Part shown: piece by piece, positions 24,723 to 37,400 of the stretch
Numbering within the stretch: the first letter of the stretch is position 1
How the letters are laid out: every line of letters begins with the position of its first letter
Assembly: GCA_043228905.1 (NCBI GenBank)
Contig: JBHGNT010000012.1
Span: 12,462,001-12,526,000 of the forward strand
Length of the DNA: 64,000 bases
DNA from: Azolla caroliniana
Lineage: Eukaryota; Plantae; Polypodiophyta
Reading direction: 5' to 3'
Program-made: the position numbers and the translations under genes
The notes under the pieces: generated by a model
Told to the model about the DNA's origin: nothing
The model's input: the letters and a program-made list of their open reading frames with translations, nothing else
The model's database searches: none

Positions 24723-26267
24723 ACATGACCGGTCTATCAAAGCCGATGCAAGAATTCGACCTTCAAAGGAACACAACATCACACCGATACGACTTACCTG
24801 ATTTCAGGTGTTGCAGTGATCTCTTTCAGCTCATCGGATTCTTCCTCTAGATGCCTCTGCTCTGCAATCCTCCTCCTTTCTGCATCCTTGTACAGTGCTT
24901 CATGATAAAGGAGCTCACCATAGTTCTTAAATCTTTTGGCTGCCCTTCCTCTCAGAAACATTAACCTCTTTGTTTTCTGCACAAGTAAATTGAAGCTGAG
25001 GAAGAGTGGAGTGGAATGCATTACAAAAGCAAGCATGAATCCTGATGTAATTAATAGATAAGTGTATTGGGTGCTTGTAAGTGTTGCCATAAATTAATTA
25101 GCCACATACATATATCATTCATCATATGTGTGAATGAATGTGCATACATACATACATACATACATACATACATACATACACACATACACACATACACACA
25201 TAGTCATTAAATAAAATGAGTCGAGAGATGCTACTGCCAAAGGGTTCAGCCAGATTGGATGGAACTCGGACATGGACAACATACATAATAAGAATCATAG
25301 GTTGTTTGAGTGTTATATATGAGGGGCGGGTGTGTGTTGTAAACGTTAAAGAAGAAGAAGAAGAAGACCTTGGTGTAGGTTGGACGGGCCTTGTCCAGCT
25401 TCTCTTGGAATTGCTGAAGACATACCCTCTTCTCCTCCTCCATCCGCTGCTTCTGACAGAGGAACTCCGCGTAAAGCCGTGTAAACACAGCCTCCTCTGC
25501 CATCCCCTGCATGCAGCACACACGCACACACACACACACACCCCCATGAATGAATGAATGAATGAATGAATGACTAGAGAGCAAGAAAAGCACGTCCTAA
25601 ACTTTAGTTTTGCTGGTTGGGTTGTGACAACGGTCGGTAGCCGCCGCCGCCGCCGTCAACACACACCACACCCCACCCCCTACTACTAATTACTAATTAT
25701 TAATTACTAACTACCCTCCTCTGATCCTCCTCCTCTATGGATGGATGGATGTGTATGTATGTATGTATGATTGATTGTACTTACCGTTTTGGATGAGCTT
25801 CCCATCCTTTTCTTCTGCTGCTGATCTGCGCCAAACTTATTGTGCTGGAGCCTTGCCAGACTTGCAAAGGAAGGTAGCACATGGTGATCACCACTTACGC
25901 TGCTAGTAGGCTTGTTCATCCCGCTCTTCTTCTTTTTCTTCTTCTCGTTGGGATTGCTACTGCCATTGCTATCATCACTACTTTGAAGAAGAGCCTTGAG
26001 GGAGCACAGCTTGTGCGTGCATAGCTTCGGCGTTTTGCTCTTTCCATGATACAAAAAAGTAGAAGTAGTATTGCCCCTCCTTACCTCCCCGTCCTCCATC
26101 TCTATCTTCTTCTTCAATATTGGACCTTCCTTATCAGCGCTTCTAGCGTCAACACATTCCGTGCTGCTGCTGTTGCTGTTGCTGGGTGGAGGGAGCACAA
26201 ACACACTATTCTTTAATTAAACCGATCCTCCAAAATGAAATGAAATACTACAGAGCCCTAGTTTCAC

Positions 26268-26313
<46 letters not shown>

Positions 26314-26767
26314 TAATGTAGGCCATATATGTATGTATATATATTGTGGATTTCTTGAAGGAAAATGGCCTACATTACATTATGGACATCATCACTAATG
26401 ATGGTTGGATGAGGACCCCTGCTGTGTCATCCTACCCTAAACTAAAAATGTTAAGAATGTGAGAGAGGAAGGTAGGAAGAGAGGGGTATTATATACATAT
26501 ATTTATTTATTATATATTTATATATATATATATATATATATACCTGGTGGCAGCAGGAGGAGCATGATGAGGTAGCGGAAGCCTGGCCATGATTTCATGG
26601 GTCAACGCAGAAACCGATGCCAGGCGATTGGCGACAGAGTGTCGCCTGCAGAAACGTTCTGCCACCTCTTCTGCAGAATCGCCCTCCCTGAAAGAAATGA
26701 CCTCCATGCGTCCTTCCTCTAACTCTACCCTCAGATCAACCAGAGTTTGCGGTGAGGAGGACCCACA

Positions 26768-26798
<31 letters not shown>

Positions 26799-27127
26799 TG
26801 AAAATGATAATCGTCTGAATGGCACCACACTAACTTTCTTACTCTCATTTATTTATTCACACGCTGCACGCACGATATATTAGACGCAACGTACGTACAT
26901 ACATTATGTATTACAGATGAATCATTCCTAGTTTTTTATCTTCATGTGTCTCCGTCTCCACAAAAAGAAAAACTTGGGTGGGTGTAGCAGACACAGAAAT
27001 AGAGATGGAAGCATGTCGAGGATTACAGGTATATATATATTATAATAAGGAAACAGTGAACAATAAACACTTCACACTGACTTACCATTCCCATACAATT
27101 CCTCGCCATAATCTGGTGGGCCGTACA

Positions 27128-27160
<33 letters not shown>

Positions 27161-27218
27161 AGTGGTGGTGGGAAGGAGAGTCGGAATGGGCCTGGAGAGA
27201 ACATCCAACAGGACTTGA

Positions 27219-27252
<34 letters not shown>

Positions 27253-27468
27253 GCTTAATGTGGTGAAGATGATGAATGAATGAACGAATGGATATAAGAA
27301 AGAAAGAGAGAGAGAGAGAGAGAGAAGGCGGGGGGGGGGGGGATGGGTGGTAGGTACCTCCTGATCCTGTGTTGTTGTTGTTATTGTGGTAAGTTGGTGG
27401 TCATCATCATCCCTCCTCCATCTGTCAGACATATTGTAAGTCGTCGAGTCTTCTTCTTCATCACTCAT
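16688..27468 (-). CDS. Spliced host gene: uncharacterised coiled-coil protein with repeated ECTFxP / xTFxPxIN motifs and an EF-hand-like loop; 3' end uncertain (possible further exons to ~15900)
   Basis: Phase-consistent GT-AG exons: 27468-27358, 27191-27086, 26814-26544, 26205-25785, 25506-25369, 24976-24798, 24649-24556, 24429-24266, 23432-23213, 23139-22930, 17424-17275, 17178-17048, 16841-16688. Motifs ECTFTPRIN, VTFRPVIN, ECTFKP, IFDLLDTDK|DGFIDLME. Confidence 0.8.
18374..21855 (+). mobile_element. Degenerate Ty1/Copia inside host intron 10, antisense to the gene, 3' LTR missing
   Basis: LTR 18374-18980; PBS TGGTATTAGAGC at 18984; INT (FIDDFSR, DNGGEY), RT (LDVKTTFLHG, YVDD) and RNase H (FTDSD) fragments with many stops. 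Confidence 0.85.
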
Positions 27469-28143
27469 AACTGCTGCGGTGGTGGTTCTCGTGGTGGTTC
27501 TCGAAGAATGGATTTCTTCTTCTGCTGCTTCTTCTTCTTCTTCTTTGTTGTTTTCCGGGAGAGAGAGAGAGAGAAGAGGGGTAGGGCTGGATACGTTCAG
27601 ATTTTAATGAAATTTATGTTGAAAGAGGAAGAAGATGATGATGATGACAGCGGCGGTGGGGGGAGGGGGTCAAATACTCACTCACTGGTATGTATGATTG
27701 ATTCGTAGCAGGCAGGCAAGCAGGCAGTTGAAGAAAGGAAGGAAGGAAGGAAGGAGGGATGGATGGATGGATGGATGGATGGATGGATGGATCATTCATC
27801 AGCATGATCGTGATGTTTGGTGTTTTCCTGTTCATGGATTATGATTGTGGATGATTGGATTGGGTTTAGTTCCATGCAACAAATGAATTGAGAGAATTAA
27901 TGGATGGATGGATGGATGGATGGAAGACGAATGAATGGGTTGAGAAGGTTGGGGTTGGTTGGATTGCAATTGCGAGTGCAAGTGCAAGTGCAGGAACCGG
28001 AGGGTCGTGGCCCAAAGGGTAGCAGTAACAGGTCCTCCTCCATATACAATTATCATGATTCATCCTCGTCATTATTAATTACTATTATTATTATTATTAG
28101 TTCTATTTATTTTCAAACTTTGCTCATAATCACAATTGTATGC

Positions 28144-28204
<61 letters not shown>

Positions 28205-28295
28205 CCCTAAAATTCTTACTCACTATGTACATATTTCTAGTCGTTTAAGAAATAAAGACTTTCAAAGACTACGGCCAACTTCAAAGCATCGCCTG

Positions 28296-28507
28296 CTTTG
28301 ACTATGGCCATCACCCACTACATTATGACACCCAATTACATATTTGAGTTCTTCCAAAATGATCATCCTACCAAGACAAGAGGGGCAGTCACCCAGAGGA
28401 CAATGCTTTGACTATGGCCATCACCCACTACATTATGACACCCAATTACATATTTGAGTTCTTCCAAAATGATCATCCTACCAAGACAAGAGGGGTAGTC
28501 ACCCAGA
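28296..28507. repeat. ~110-bp tandem duplication
   Basis: GCTTTGACTATGGCCATCACCC...CACCCAGA occurs twice, nearly identical. Confidence 0.8.
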
Positions 28508-30587
28508 TTGTCCTCTTGTACGTCGTATATGTCAACTCCTCTCATCTGCATAGTATAGTAAAGGTGACGGGCATTGGGGCCAAGCACGGGTAACACTATT
28601 TCTCCTTCTCGTCTAAGGATTCTAGTACCTTCAATAATAAAGAATAGTGAGTGGTTGGGGACCACCTTGGGGTGGTTGCAAGAGGTCAATGGTATGCATT
28701 GACAAGGAGTTGGCTTCCTAGATGCAATAGGCCAAGACGAACTTACACAAATGTTTAGAAGTAAGACTTCTTTAAATAACTTATAAATTTAATCACTTCA
28801 TGTCAGTTACTTAACACATACACACACAATAATGCCACATCCCCTTATACCCAAAATAATCAAACACAACCTTATATGATGATGTGACAAAACACACACG
28901 ATGAAAATCCACTTAAAGGGTGTCAAAATGTTGCGATATAACAATCAAATAGCTTTAAGAATTAGGCATGTAATGAACCTATCTCTGGCATCTTCTTCCT
29001 GTATCATTGTACCAATCAAAATAGGTGTTATTTTAAAGCATCCCCATAGACAACCCACCCACCATGGCGCGCCAAAGAAATGTCTTTGCATGAAATGGAA
29101 GATGAGAGTGTCATCCTGACACCACTCACCATTTTACATTTTGCATAATGTGCAATGTATTCAAAACCTTCGTCACTAACCAAGCTCTATCTTTAACCAA
29201 CTAATGTTATACATCATTAGTGTGCACCATAAATATCGATTTTTCACTATTAACATTACCAATATTTCCATGATTCCATGATTAACAAATATAGCCATAT
29301 ATAAAACCAACTACTTAAAATAGCATCATTTGCCTACATGACTCTAAATAACATCGTCCACAATTACCAAGTCGAGCCTTGCCTTTCGATTTAACTCTAA
29401 CTTGAGACTTTCTTTTCTATCCCAATGCAATTGTCTGGAAGCCACCATCACCTTCGTTGTCAAAGAATTACTTATCTTTTCTACACTCAAGGGGTCATCA
29501 ATTGAACAATTCCAAACATTGCTGCCAAGAGAGCACTAATTATATAACCATAAGAGATTCTGAACATTTAAATGCTTAAGTACTATTAACAACATGGAAC
29601 CAAGAAGCTGTAATTCTCGTTTTCTTGAAAGGTATCGATCACCTCTTCACAAAAGAAGGAAAGCTTCGAGTTAATGGGGGTGGGCGTGTTCCTTTTACCC
29701 AAAGAGGGGTCGGCATACAAGGAGATTTTGGAGAGGCATGGAAGGGTTTTTGCTTCTACTTCAAGAAATAGGTTGTGGTGATCTGACGCTTATAGAGCCA
29801 ATGGTAATTTTTTATAGTACCACGTGTACCGTTCTCATGAAATGTCGTGTATGCATGTGAAATGTGAGTAGTACTATTAAGGGCCTCAACTAGGGAAGAT
29901 GGGTGTGACAATTGAGTTGATGAGTGTCATATTCCTTTTTAATGTCTTTTGTAAGTGCGAACTAGTTCTCTGAGAGTAGTCAATCGAATATGACATGTTG
30001 AAACCTCACCTTTGACTCAAGTTACCAACTTTCTACGAACGGATGTGCACAAGTTTACATGATCTTTCCTTTGTATTCATGTGTGCTTGTGTTTTCATGT
30101 GTGTGCATATTTCTGTGTTAGTATATAACCATGTTTATTTGATTGTCTCTGTGTATACGAATTTATATAAATGTGTATAGATATGTGTAATTGTGAATGG
30201 ATAAGTGTGTGATTATGTGTAGGTTCGAGTGTATGTATATAAGTTTATATTTGTGAGAGTGTAGGCATTCTTGTATATGGGTATGGGCATGTATAAATGA
30301 TTTCTTGAGGTGTGTGGGTGTTGAGAATCAAACTCAACTTTAGTGTGGGAACAAGTGTGTGAACACCCCACCTCCTAATATAGTAACTAGTGTGTCATAG
30401 AACCTTAAAGTTCTATGACACATATTTAGTGTAGTTAAGTCTCCACCTCTCTTTAGTAAGTGGTGGTTATAGAAAGAGAACATACAGAGAAGGTGACTAC
30501 ATAAGCACCTGTCTCCTCCTCCTTGTTACAGTTGGTTATTCTTGCTCCTTGTTAATACAATTTTCTTGTTTTTCTATATAACTCTGT

Positions 30588-31975
30588 TTTCCAATTTTTT
30601 TCAAAAGCACTATTGGTGTTAAGCAAGGATGCCCACTCTCACCAACACTCTTTGGCCTATGCATTGATGAATTGGAAGAATGGTTACAAAGTTTGCAAAT
30701 GAAGAATGAGTTGAAGAAGTTGCCATTGGGAATGTTGTGATATAATGCTTTTGCTATATGCAGATTATATAGTGCTTTTTACAAATACTTTTGGAGATGC
30801 ACAAAAGCTTATGAAGGCATTGGAAAATATTTGCATGCATACTAAATTAAGCGTTAATAACTCTAAAACAAAGATTATGCTTGTGAAGAGCCAGAAAAGT
30901 GATAAACCACGTATTATGTACAACAATGAGCCACTCGAATGTGTGGAAAGCTTCAAATATTTTGGCCTTGAAGTTCCTTCAAATCATAGATGGAATGAAT
31001 GTGCTACACGCCGCTTAGAAGCGGGTAAGCGAGCATACTATGCATTTGAGAACACATGCAATCTTGGCGATATTAAGTGTTGGGTCCTCAAGAAATATAT
31101 TTTCGACATTTTGGTGACATCAGTTCTTCTCCATGGGGTGGAAGTATGGGGTGATATCATACCTAAATCTATGTGGAAGTTTGAAAATGTCCAAAAACAT
31201 TTTCTTACAAAGTTGCTACAAGTTAAGAAACAAACGCCCTACACCCTCCTCCTCCTTGAGACGGGATCGCTTTTTATTGAGATCATGGCTAGGAAAAGGG
31301 TTGTTGAATACATGGTTAAGGTTTAAAAAAGGCCCCCACATCGATTTCCTAGAATTGCATGGGAAGCAAGCAAAAAGATCCAAAAGACGTATAAAAGCAA
31401 ATTTTTGTGTTCTGGTTAGATGCAAGATATAGAAAAATGGTTTGGTAGATGGGATGCGAGGCACTTGCTTCATGATGCATCACTAGATTCCTCTATAAAT
31501 GAGGCCTTTTTGCAATGCCAATGTATCGTGACATGGGACAAATGTGGAGGCTCACGCTTCACACATTATAGTACATATGTTGCACCTAACCACAAAACTA
31601 TATTCTTTAAGGAATGGGGAAACCGTACACATCGATACATGTTAGAGCCCATACCGTTATTTTCCATTCGAACCATTGCTTCCATGCGACGTAGCTCACA
31701 TGAATTGCGATGTGAGATAGGGTGTTGGGGCACAAGTGATGAGATTGGTTGGCTATGCACACTTTGCTCTAAACAAGTTTGCGAGACTAAGTATCACACT
31801 TTGATACAATGCTCTGCCTTTGATCATATTCGACCATGCTTTCTAGATCTCTTTGATCGAGCCCAATCCTTGCATGAATTCCTCTCACAACCACAATGTG
31901 CACTCTCGATTGCAACATTCCTTGGTAAAGTTCTTGAACATCGAAAGTCACTACTCACTTTCACACGTAGACTTA
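30588..31975 (+). mobile_element. 5'-truncated non-LTR retrotransposon (RTE/RTEX-like) fragment in the 5' LTR of C
   Basis: GVKQGCPLSPTLF, LLYADY (degenerate YADD), FKYFG and a C-terminal CxxC...H...C knuckle; absent from the 3' LTR; same family as 62845-64000. Confidence 0.85.
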
Positions 31976-34590
31976 GACACACCTTCCACTACACAGAATC
32001 ACTCCCGATTCTTACATGGTATTAGAGCAATTGGTAGCCTGATTCAAGCCCATACACATGTGGTGTGTCTAAGCTTACGTTCACGAAGAACCGGCCAACC
32101 GCTATAGCAGCAACCTACACACTTCGTATCAAGAGAAGAAGAAGAAGAAAACTCGCTCCATACAAAGTCGTCAGCATGAATACTCAGATGGGAAGCGCTC
32201 TTCCCAGCGAGAAACTCAACAGAAACAACTTTACATCTTGGGAGTACAAGATGCACTAATACCTTGTCGGCCAAGGCTATTGGAGTTATATTGAAGGAGC
32301 ACAAGAAACACAACCCAACCCAACACATGCCGACTACCCAGCTTGGGAGAAAACGATGAGTCTTGTGTTGTACTGCCTTACGTCATGCGTTCATGATCAC
32401 ATGCTCGACTATATCTGAGAGGCCAAAACACTGAAGGAGGCGTGGGGGAACCTCAAGAGAATTTTTGTGGCCAACACGGCTGCACGAAAGCTTCAACTCT
32501 GTCAGGAGTTGAACAATATTCAACAGATGGATATGTCGATTGCCAGCTACAACTTAAAGATCAAGGAGTTGTGCAACACCCTCGAGTCCATCACTACCCT
32601 CCCTCATTCAATCTCTAGTCAATGCTACTGGTTGAAGAAAATCACATACGAATGAGGAGAAATGTGCAAGAAGGATACATGCTCTATTCGAACTCGGATG
32701 GAGGAAGAGGAAAAAATCTTGTGCTCCTTCAATATAACACCAACAGCCTTGTCGGCCAAGGCTATTTATATTGAAGGAGCACAAGAAACACAACCCAACC
32801 CAACACATGCTGACTACCCAGCGTGGGAGCAAACGACGAGTCTTGTGTTGTACTGCCTTGCTTCATGCATTCATGATCACATGCTCGACTATATCTGAGA
32901 GGCCAAAACACCGAAGGAGGTGTGGGGGAACCTCAAGAGAATTTTTGTGGCGAACATGGTTGCACGCAAGCTTCAACTCCGTTAGGAGTTGAACAATATT
33001 CAACAGATGGACATGTCGATCGCTAGCTACACCTTAAAGATCAAGGAGTTGTGCGACACCCTTAGGTCCATCACTGTCAACATTGACGACAATGAAATGG
33101 TGCAGATATGCCTTGACGACGATGAAATGGTGCAAACAATTTGGGTGCATCCAATCACATGACGTCTCATGAAGATTGGTTCCGAGAATTGTGAAAACCC
33201 GAACGTCTTGGCTATGTGGAAATAGGGGATGACATAATCCACCCCATTAGGCATGTCAAAAATGTCCCTTTCGGTGAAGAGGGCAATCAGACCTACATCA
33301 AGAATGTCTTGCATGTTTTGACTATAACAAAGAATCTGGTCTCGGTCAACTAGATCGTGGAACAAGGCATGCAACTTCGATTCAATGATGGTGGTTGCTT
33401 CATCGAAAAGGAAGGCCAAATTATCGCTTGCGGTCTAAGAGAAGGCCAAATGTTCATCCTCGATTATCACAAGATGAAATCAACAATGTTTGCCAAGGGT
33501 TGTAAAGCTAACACTAACATAGAGCTGTGGCACAAATGAATCGGCCACATTAATCGTCAGAAGCTCAAAGGAATGCAATCGAAAGGAGTCATCATCAGAC
33601 CTCAAACCTTTTACCGAGAAGGAGATTATAGGTGTATGTGAAGCCTGCCAGTTCGGCAAGCAACACGGACAACCGTTCCCAAAAGAGAGGAACATGAGCA
33701 AAGGGATTCTAGATGTAATACATTTAGATGTATGGGGACTATCCCAAACGAAAACATTCAGATGTATGGCGACTAAATGGCATATCATTATGCATTCATG
33801 ATGAAGGTGGTGACAGTCCGAGAGCCGGAAACATTTTTGAAGCCGCGAAGGACCCACAATGGGTCGATGTCATGAATGAGGAGATGCAAGCACTCTCCAA
33901 AAACGAGAGATGGGATCTCCTCCCCTTTTCACCCCATCAAAAGGCAATCAATTGCCAATGGATATTCAAGGTGAAGCATAATGCTAATGACACCGTCAAT
34001 CGGTATAAGTTCCGACTTGTGGCAAAAGGGTATGTGCAGACTCACGGGGTAGACTACGAAGAGACCTTTGCTCCGGTGGCAAAGATGACAACCATTGTTA
34101 TTCCTTAGGGCCAGACAATGGTCTAACACAGGGTGTCTATGGAAGACACTTCACCAAAGGGGTGCTACAACGAGATAACTTAAGACACAATGATTAAGCA
34201 GACTTAATTGGTTACTTACCAATATGGCATTAGACTTGATACACGCGTATGATAGAACAATTAGTACAGAACGGTAATCAACACTTAAAGATAAAACAAG
34301 AAGCTCTATTAATTATCCGTTAAAGTTTTACATTGTAACCGAGCCTTTATATAGGTCACCGGTGCTGAGTACAAAACGGTGCCAACCGGCATATGTTCGG
34401 AACCAGTCCGGATCCGGATCGGCATATCGATTCCGGTCCGTCCGTTCACGTCTCATAAACTACTTAATTATAATAGATTCCGAATAAACAATCCCTTTCA
34501 CATTCTGATCTTTAACTCCTTTGCCGGCCGGGTAACACATGGCACGCCTGTGGGACAGTACCTTGTACGTCGAATCCCACTATCCGGCCC

Positions 34591-37400
34591 TTAGCCTTTG
34601 TCCAAGATATCCAGAATACTCTGCTCCAGGGTGTCCAATGGTTCTTCGGGAATCTGTTGTTGTTGTTGTTGTGGCTGCTGCTGCTCCGGCTCCAGCTCCT
34701 CCGACTGTTGCTCCTTGGGTGGCGTCTGTTCGGCTCCCGGTACCGGCGGTTGTGGCGGTGATTCCTCCATCAGCTGCTCTGCCAAATTTGACTCCGGTTG
34801 ACTTGCCCCGGTGATGGCTCCTCATCACTGAGGTTGACGGTCGCCGCCTGCCTTGCTTCTTCTTGCCGTAGCCTAGTCTGCTCATAGCTTTCAAACTGGA
34901 TTTGAGCATCCAGTTGATCATTGTCCAGCTGTGCTACCAGTTGTCGGATCATTGCTGATTGTTCCTCCGCTCGAGTTACAAAGTCTTCTGCTAACTCGTC
35001 TCTTACGGCGGTGAAGTCCTCCTTTGTTAGCATGTAGCAGTTGTCGCCATCCTTCTGTCGGTTTTCCGCGTCCGCCCTTAGCAGCTGGAGCTCGGCTGTG
35101 TGCTTTGCCCATTTCTCCCACCATTGCGTGGAGCTTTCATCAATCAAGCGTTTTGTCTTGTTCCTCCATGCCTGGAAAATGAATTGGATCCGCTCAAGTC
35201 CCATCTTCGATTTGTCCTCCGCGGCTTGCCGTTCTTCCTTCAATTGCTTGATTAGCGTCATCGTGTCCGCCTCCTGCTCCTGGTAATGTGACAATTGGTT
35301 TTGGTGGGTGTTCTGCAACCTCTGCAATACCATTGTCGCTCTTTCCTTTTATTCATAATGTTGCTTATGGAGCTCCATACATTCTTGTGTGGCTTCCTCC
35401 AGTAGTGTTGTTCTTTCAGCCCGTTCTTCAGCTAGCGCTGTCTCGGCTCGATGAACTTCCCGCCGGAGCTCTGCCATCTTCTCATGCTGCTTCTTATGCT
35501 CCGTATCCAAGTGCTTATAGTCCCGGTGCAGGTGCTCAAAATCATCGGTCTTCAGCTTCAGCTTCTTGTTGAGTTGCTGGCGAGCGCAGTCTTCCCGATC
35601 TTTCTGTTGACAGAGTTCTTCTTTAAGTCTTTCAATCTCCATTTCCGCCATCTGTCGCAACTTATCCTTTTCTTGCAGCACTTTCTCTTTCTCCTCCTTA
35701 AGCCGGTCATATGCCTGATGTCCTTTCCGTAGATTCTCTTTTGCCTGGCGGAGGTTCTCAACAGTCCTTCTTTGTTCTTCTTCTGCTGCTTTCTTCAAGT
35801 CCCTTTCTTGGGTGCGTAATGCTTCTTGTGCGGCCAATTCATCTTTCAATTCAGTAAGCTCTTTTGCTTGCGCTGCCACTGTCTCCGGGACTGGTTCCGT
35901 CTCCGGGGTCTTATTACTATGTACAGGTGCTGGTGTGTCTTTATTCTGTACATCTACCGGAGTCACCGGTGCTTGGATCTGTGGTTCGGTTAAGGCCATT
36001 TTGGCCAATTCTTCTGTGGCCAAGTCCAAGTCTTGTTCTAGGCTTCGGATCCTCGATCGGGCCGTCTCTAGTTCTCTGGTTGTGACTAGCAACCAATCCA
36101 TCTGCGCTTTCTCTTCCTCCTCTATGTAGTGCACCACTCTGACAATCTGTTCTCCAATCCACCGGAGCCATTGGCTGCCGTTACCTTGTTGTTGTGTCTA
36201 CACGGAGGGTTGGCTGTTGGTTCCGCTAGCCAGTGGTCGGTCTTGTCCGGTTGCGTCGAGCTGCAACTCTGTCTCTGGTTGGTGACCACTTTGCCGTTCT
36301 GGTTCCGGTTGCACCTCCGTTGAATGCTCCACCTTTGATTGCGCTTGACCTGCCGGTGCAGGAGGCAACTATACTGCCGACGCTTGAATTTCGGGTCTTG
36401 CCGTATCTTGACCCGCCGGTATAGCTTGTTGTGCAGGGAGCTCTGTGACCGGTTCTGTCCGAACCGGTTCCGGTTCCACCCTTTGTGTGGGATGCTCAGT
36501 GCGGGGTAGAGGCGTTCCATCCTTCTTTGGGTCCGAACGCTCCCTAGCCTGTTCTGCGGTGCTTGCCTTCTGGCGCCACTGGAGGTGCTCTAACGGTTAC
36601 TCCTCCGCTTCCTCCTTCTGAGTCCCGATATTGATTTTTGCTGCTAAGGGGTTCGGCTCTTGTTGAACCGGTCGGTGAAATTAGATCTTGATTGGTTGTG
36701 CCGGTGTCTCCTCCCGCGTTTCCGCTTGTCGCTTCCTATTGGTGTGCTCTTTTGCCGCCTTGTCCATGTCGGCCGCCTTCCCTTTGGGTGCCTTAGAGGC
36801 CAACAGCTGCTGCCGTTTCGAAGCCGTTTTCGGGGTGCCTTCGGTCGTTCTCCCTCGTTTCGTGGTCTTGGCAGGCTCGATAGGTGATGCCAATAGGGTG
36901 AGCCATTGCGCCACTGCAGTCCATATTTTCCGACCCTCCTTGCCTGTTACAGAGTCGATGGCCGCACAGAGGCCGTCTGCAATCAGTACCGGCCAGTCCA
37001 CCTTCACACCTTCATACGTTACTATGATTAAGCCAGCTCGGTTTTGAGGCATGCACGGGGGTCAAGGGTATACATGTCCAAATTCATGGAGCACATGGGC
37101 AATCTCTCGAAATAATGTATCTTCGCTTCCCTGTGTCCTGTAGGCCTTGTTGGCCAAAGAGTATTCGCCAAAATATTTTCGGAGCTGCTCCGGGTTAGGG
37201 TTGTCGATAGTGAAGATGCCCCCCTCCAAAAGGCCAATCAAAGCATGGATGGCCTCTTTCGTGATCAGTTCTGTGTCGATTTCCTTTACTATCTTCTCCG
37301 CCTCCTAGTGTGGTGGCGCCTCCATGATTGTGAGGAAACCTTCTAAGTCGTGTTGCCTTAGCCACTTCTTGGCTGCTTCAGAGAGTGCTTGGTAGTCCAT
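34591..37400 (-). pseudogene. Extra ORF between integrase and the 3' LTR of B2 (plant-mobile-domain-like N-terminus plus long coiled coil)
   Basis: Reading through stops gives MDYQALSE...ITKEAIHALIGL..GG...YEGVKVDWPVLIADGL, a Pro/Thr-rich linker, then coiled-coil ORFs 35349-36137 and 34770-35333. Confidence 0.7.

Noticed and set aside
27500-28250. ORFs with poly-amino-acid runs upstream of the host gene
   Set aside because: Translations of (GA)n, (TGGA)n and (CT)n microsatellites in the 5'/promoter region.
28540-30310. Possible additional transposon relic
   Set aside because: No termini, TSD or recognisable protein motif could be supported.
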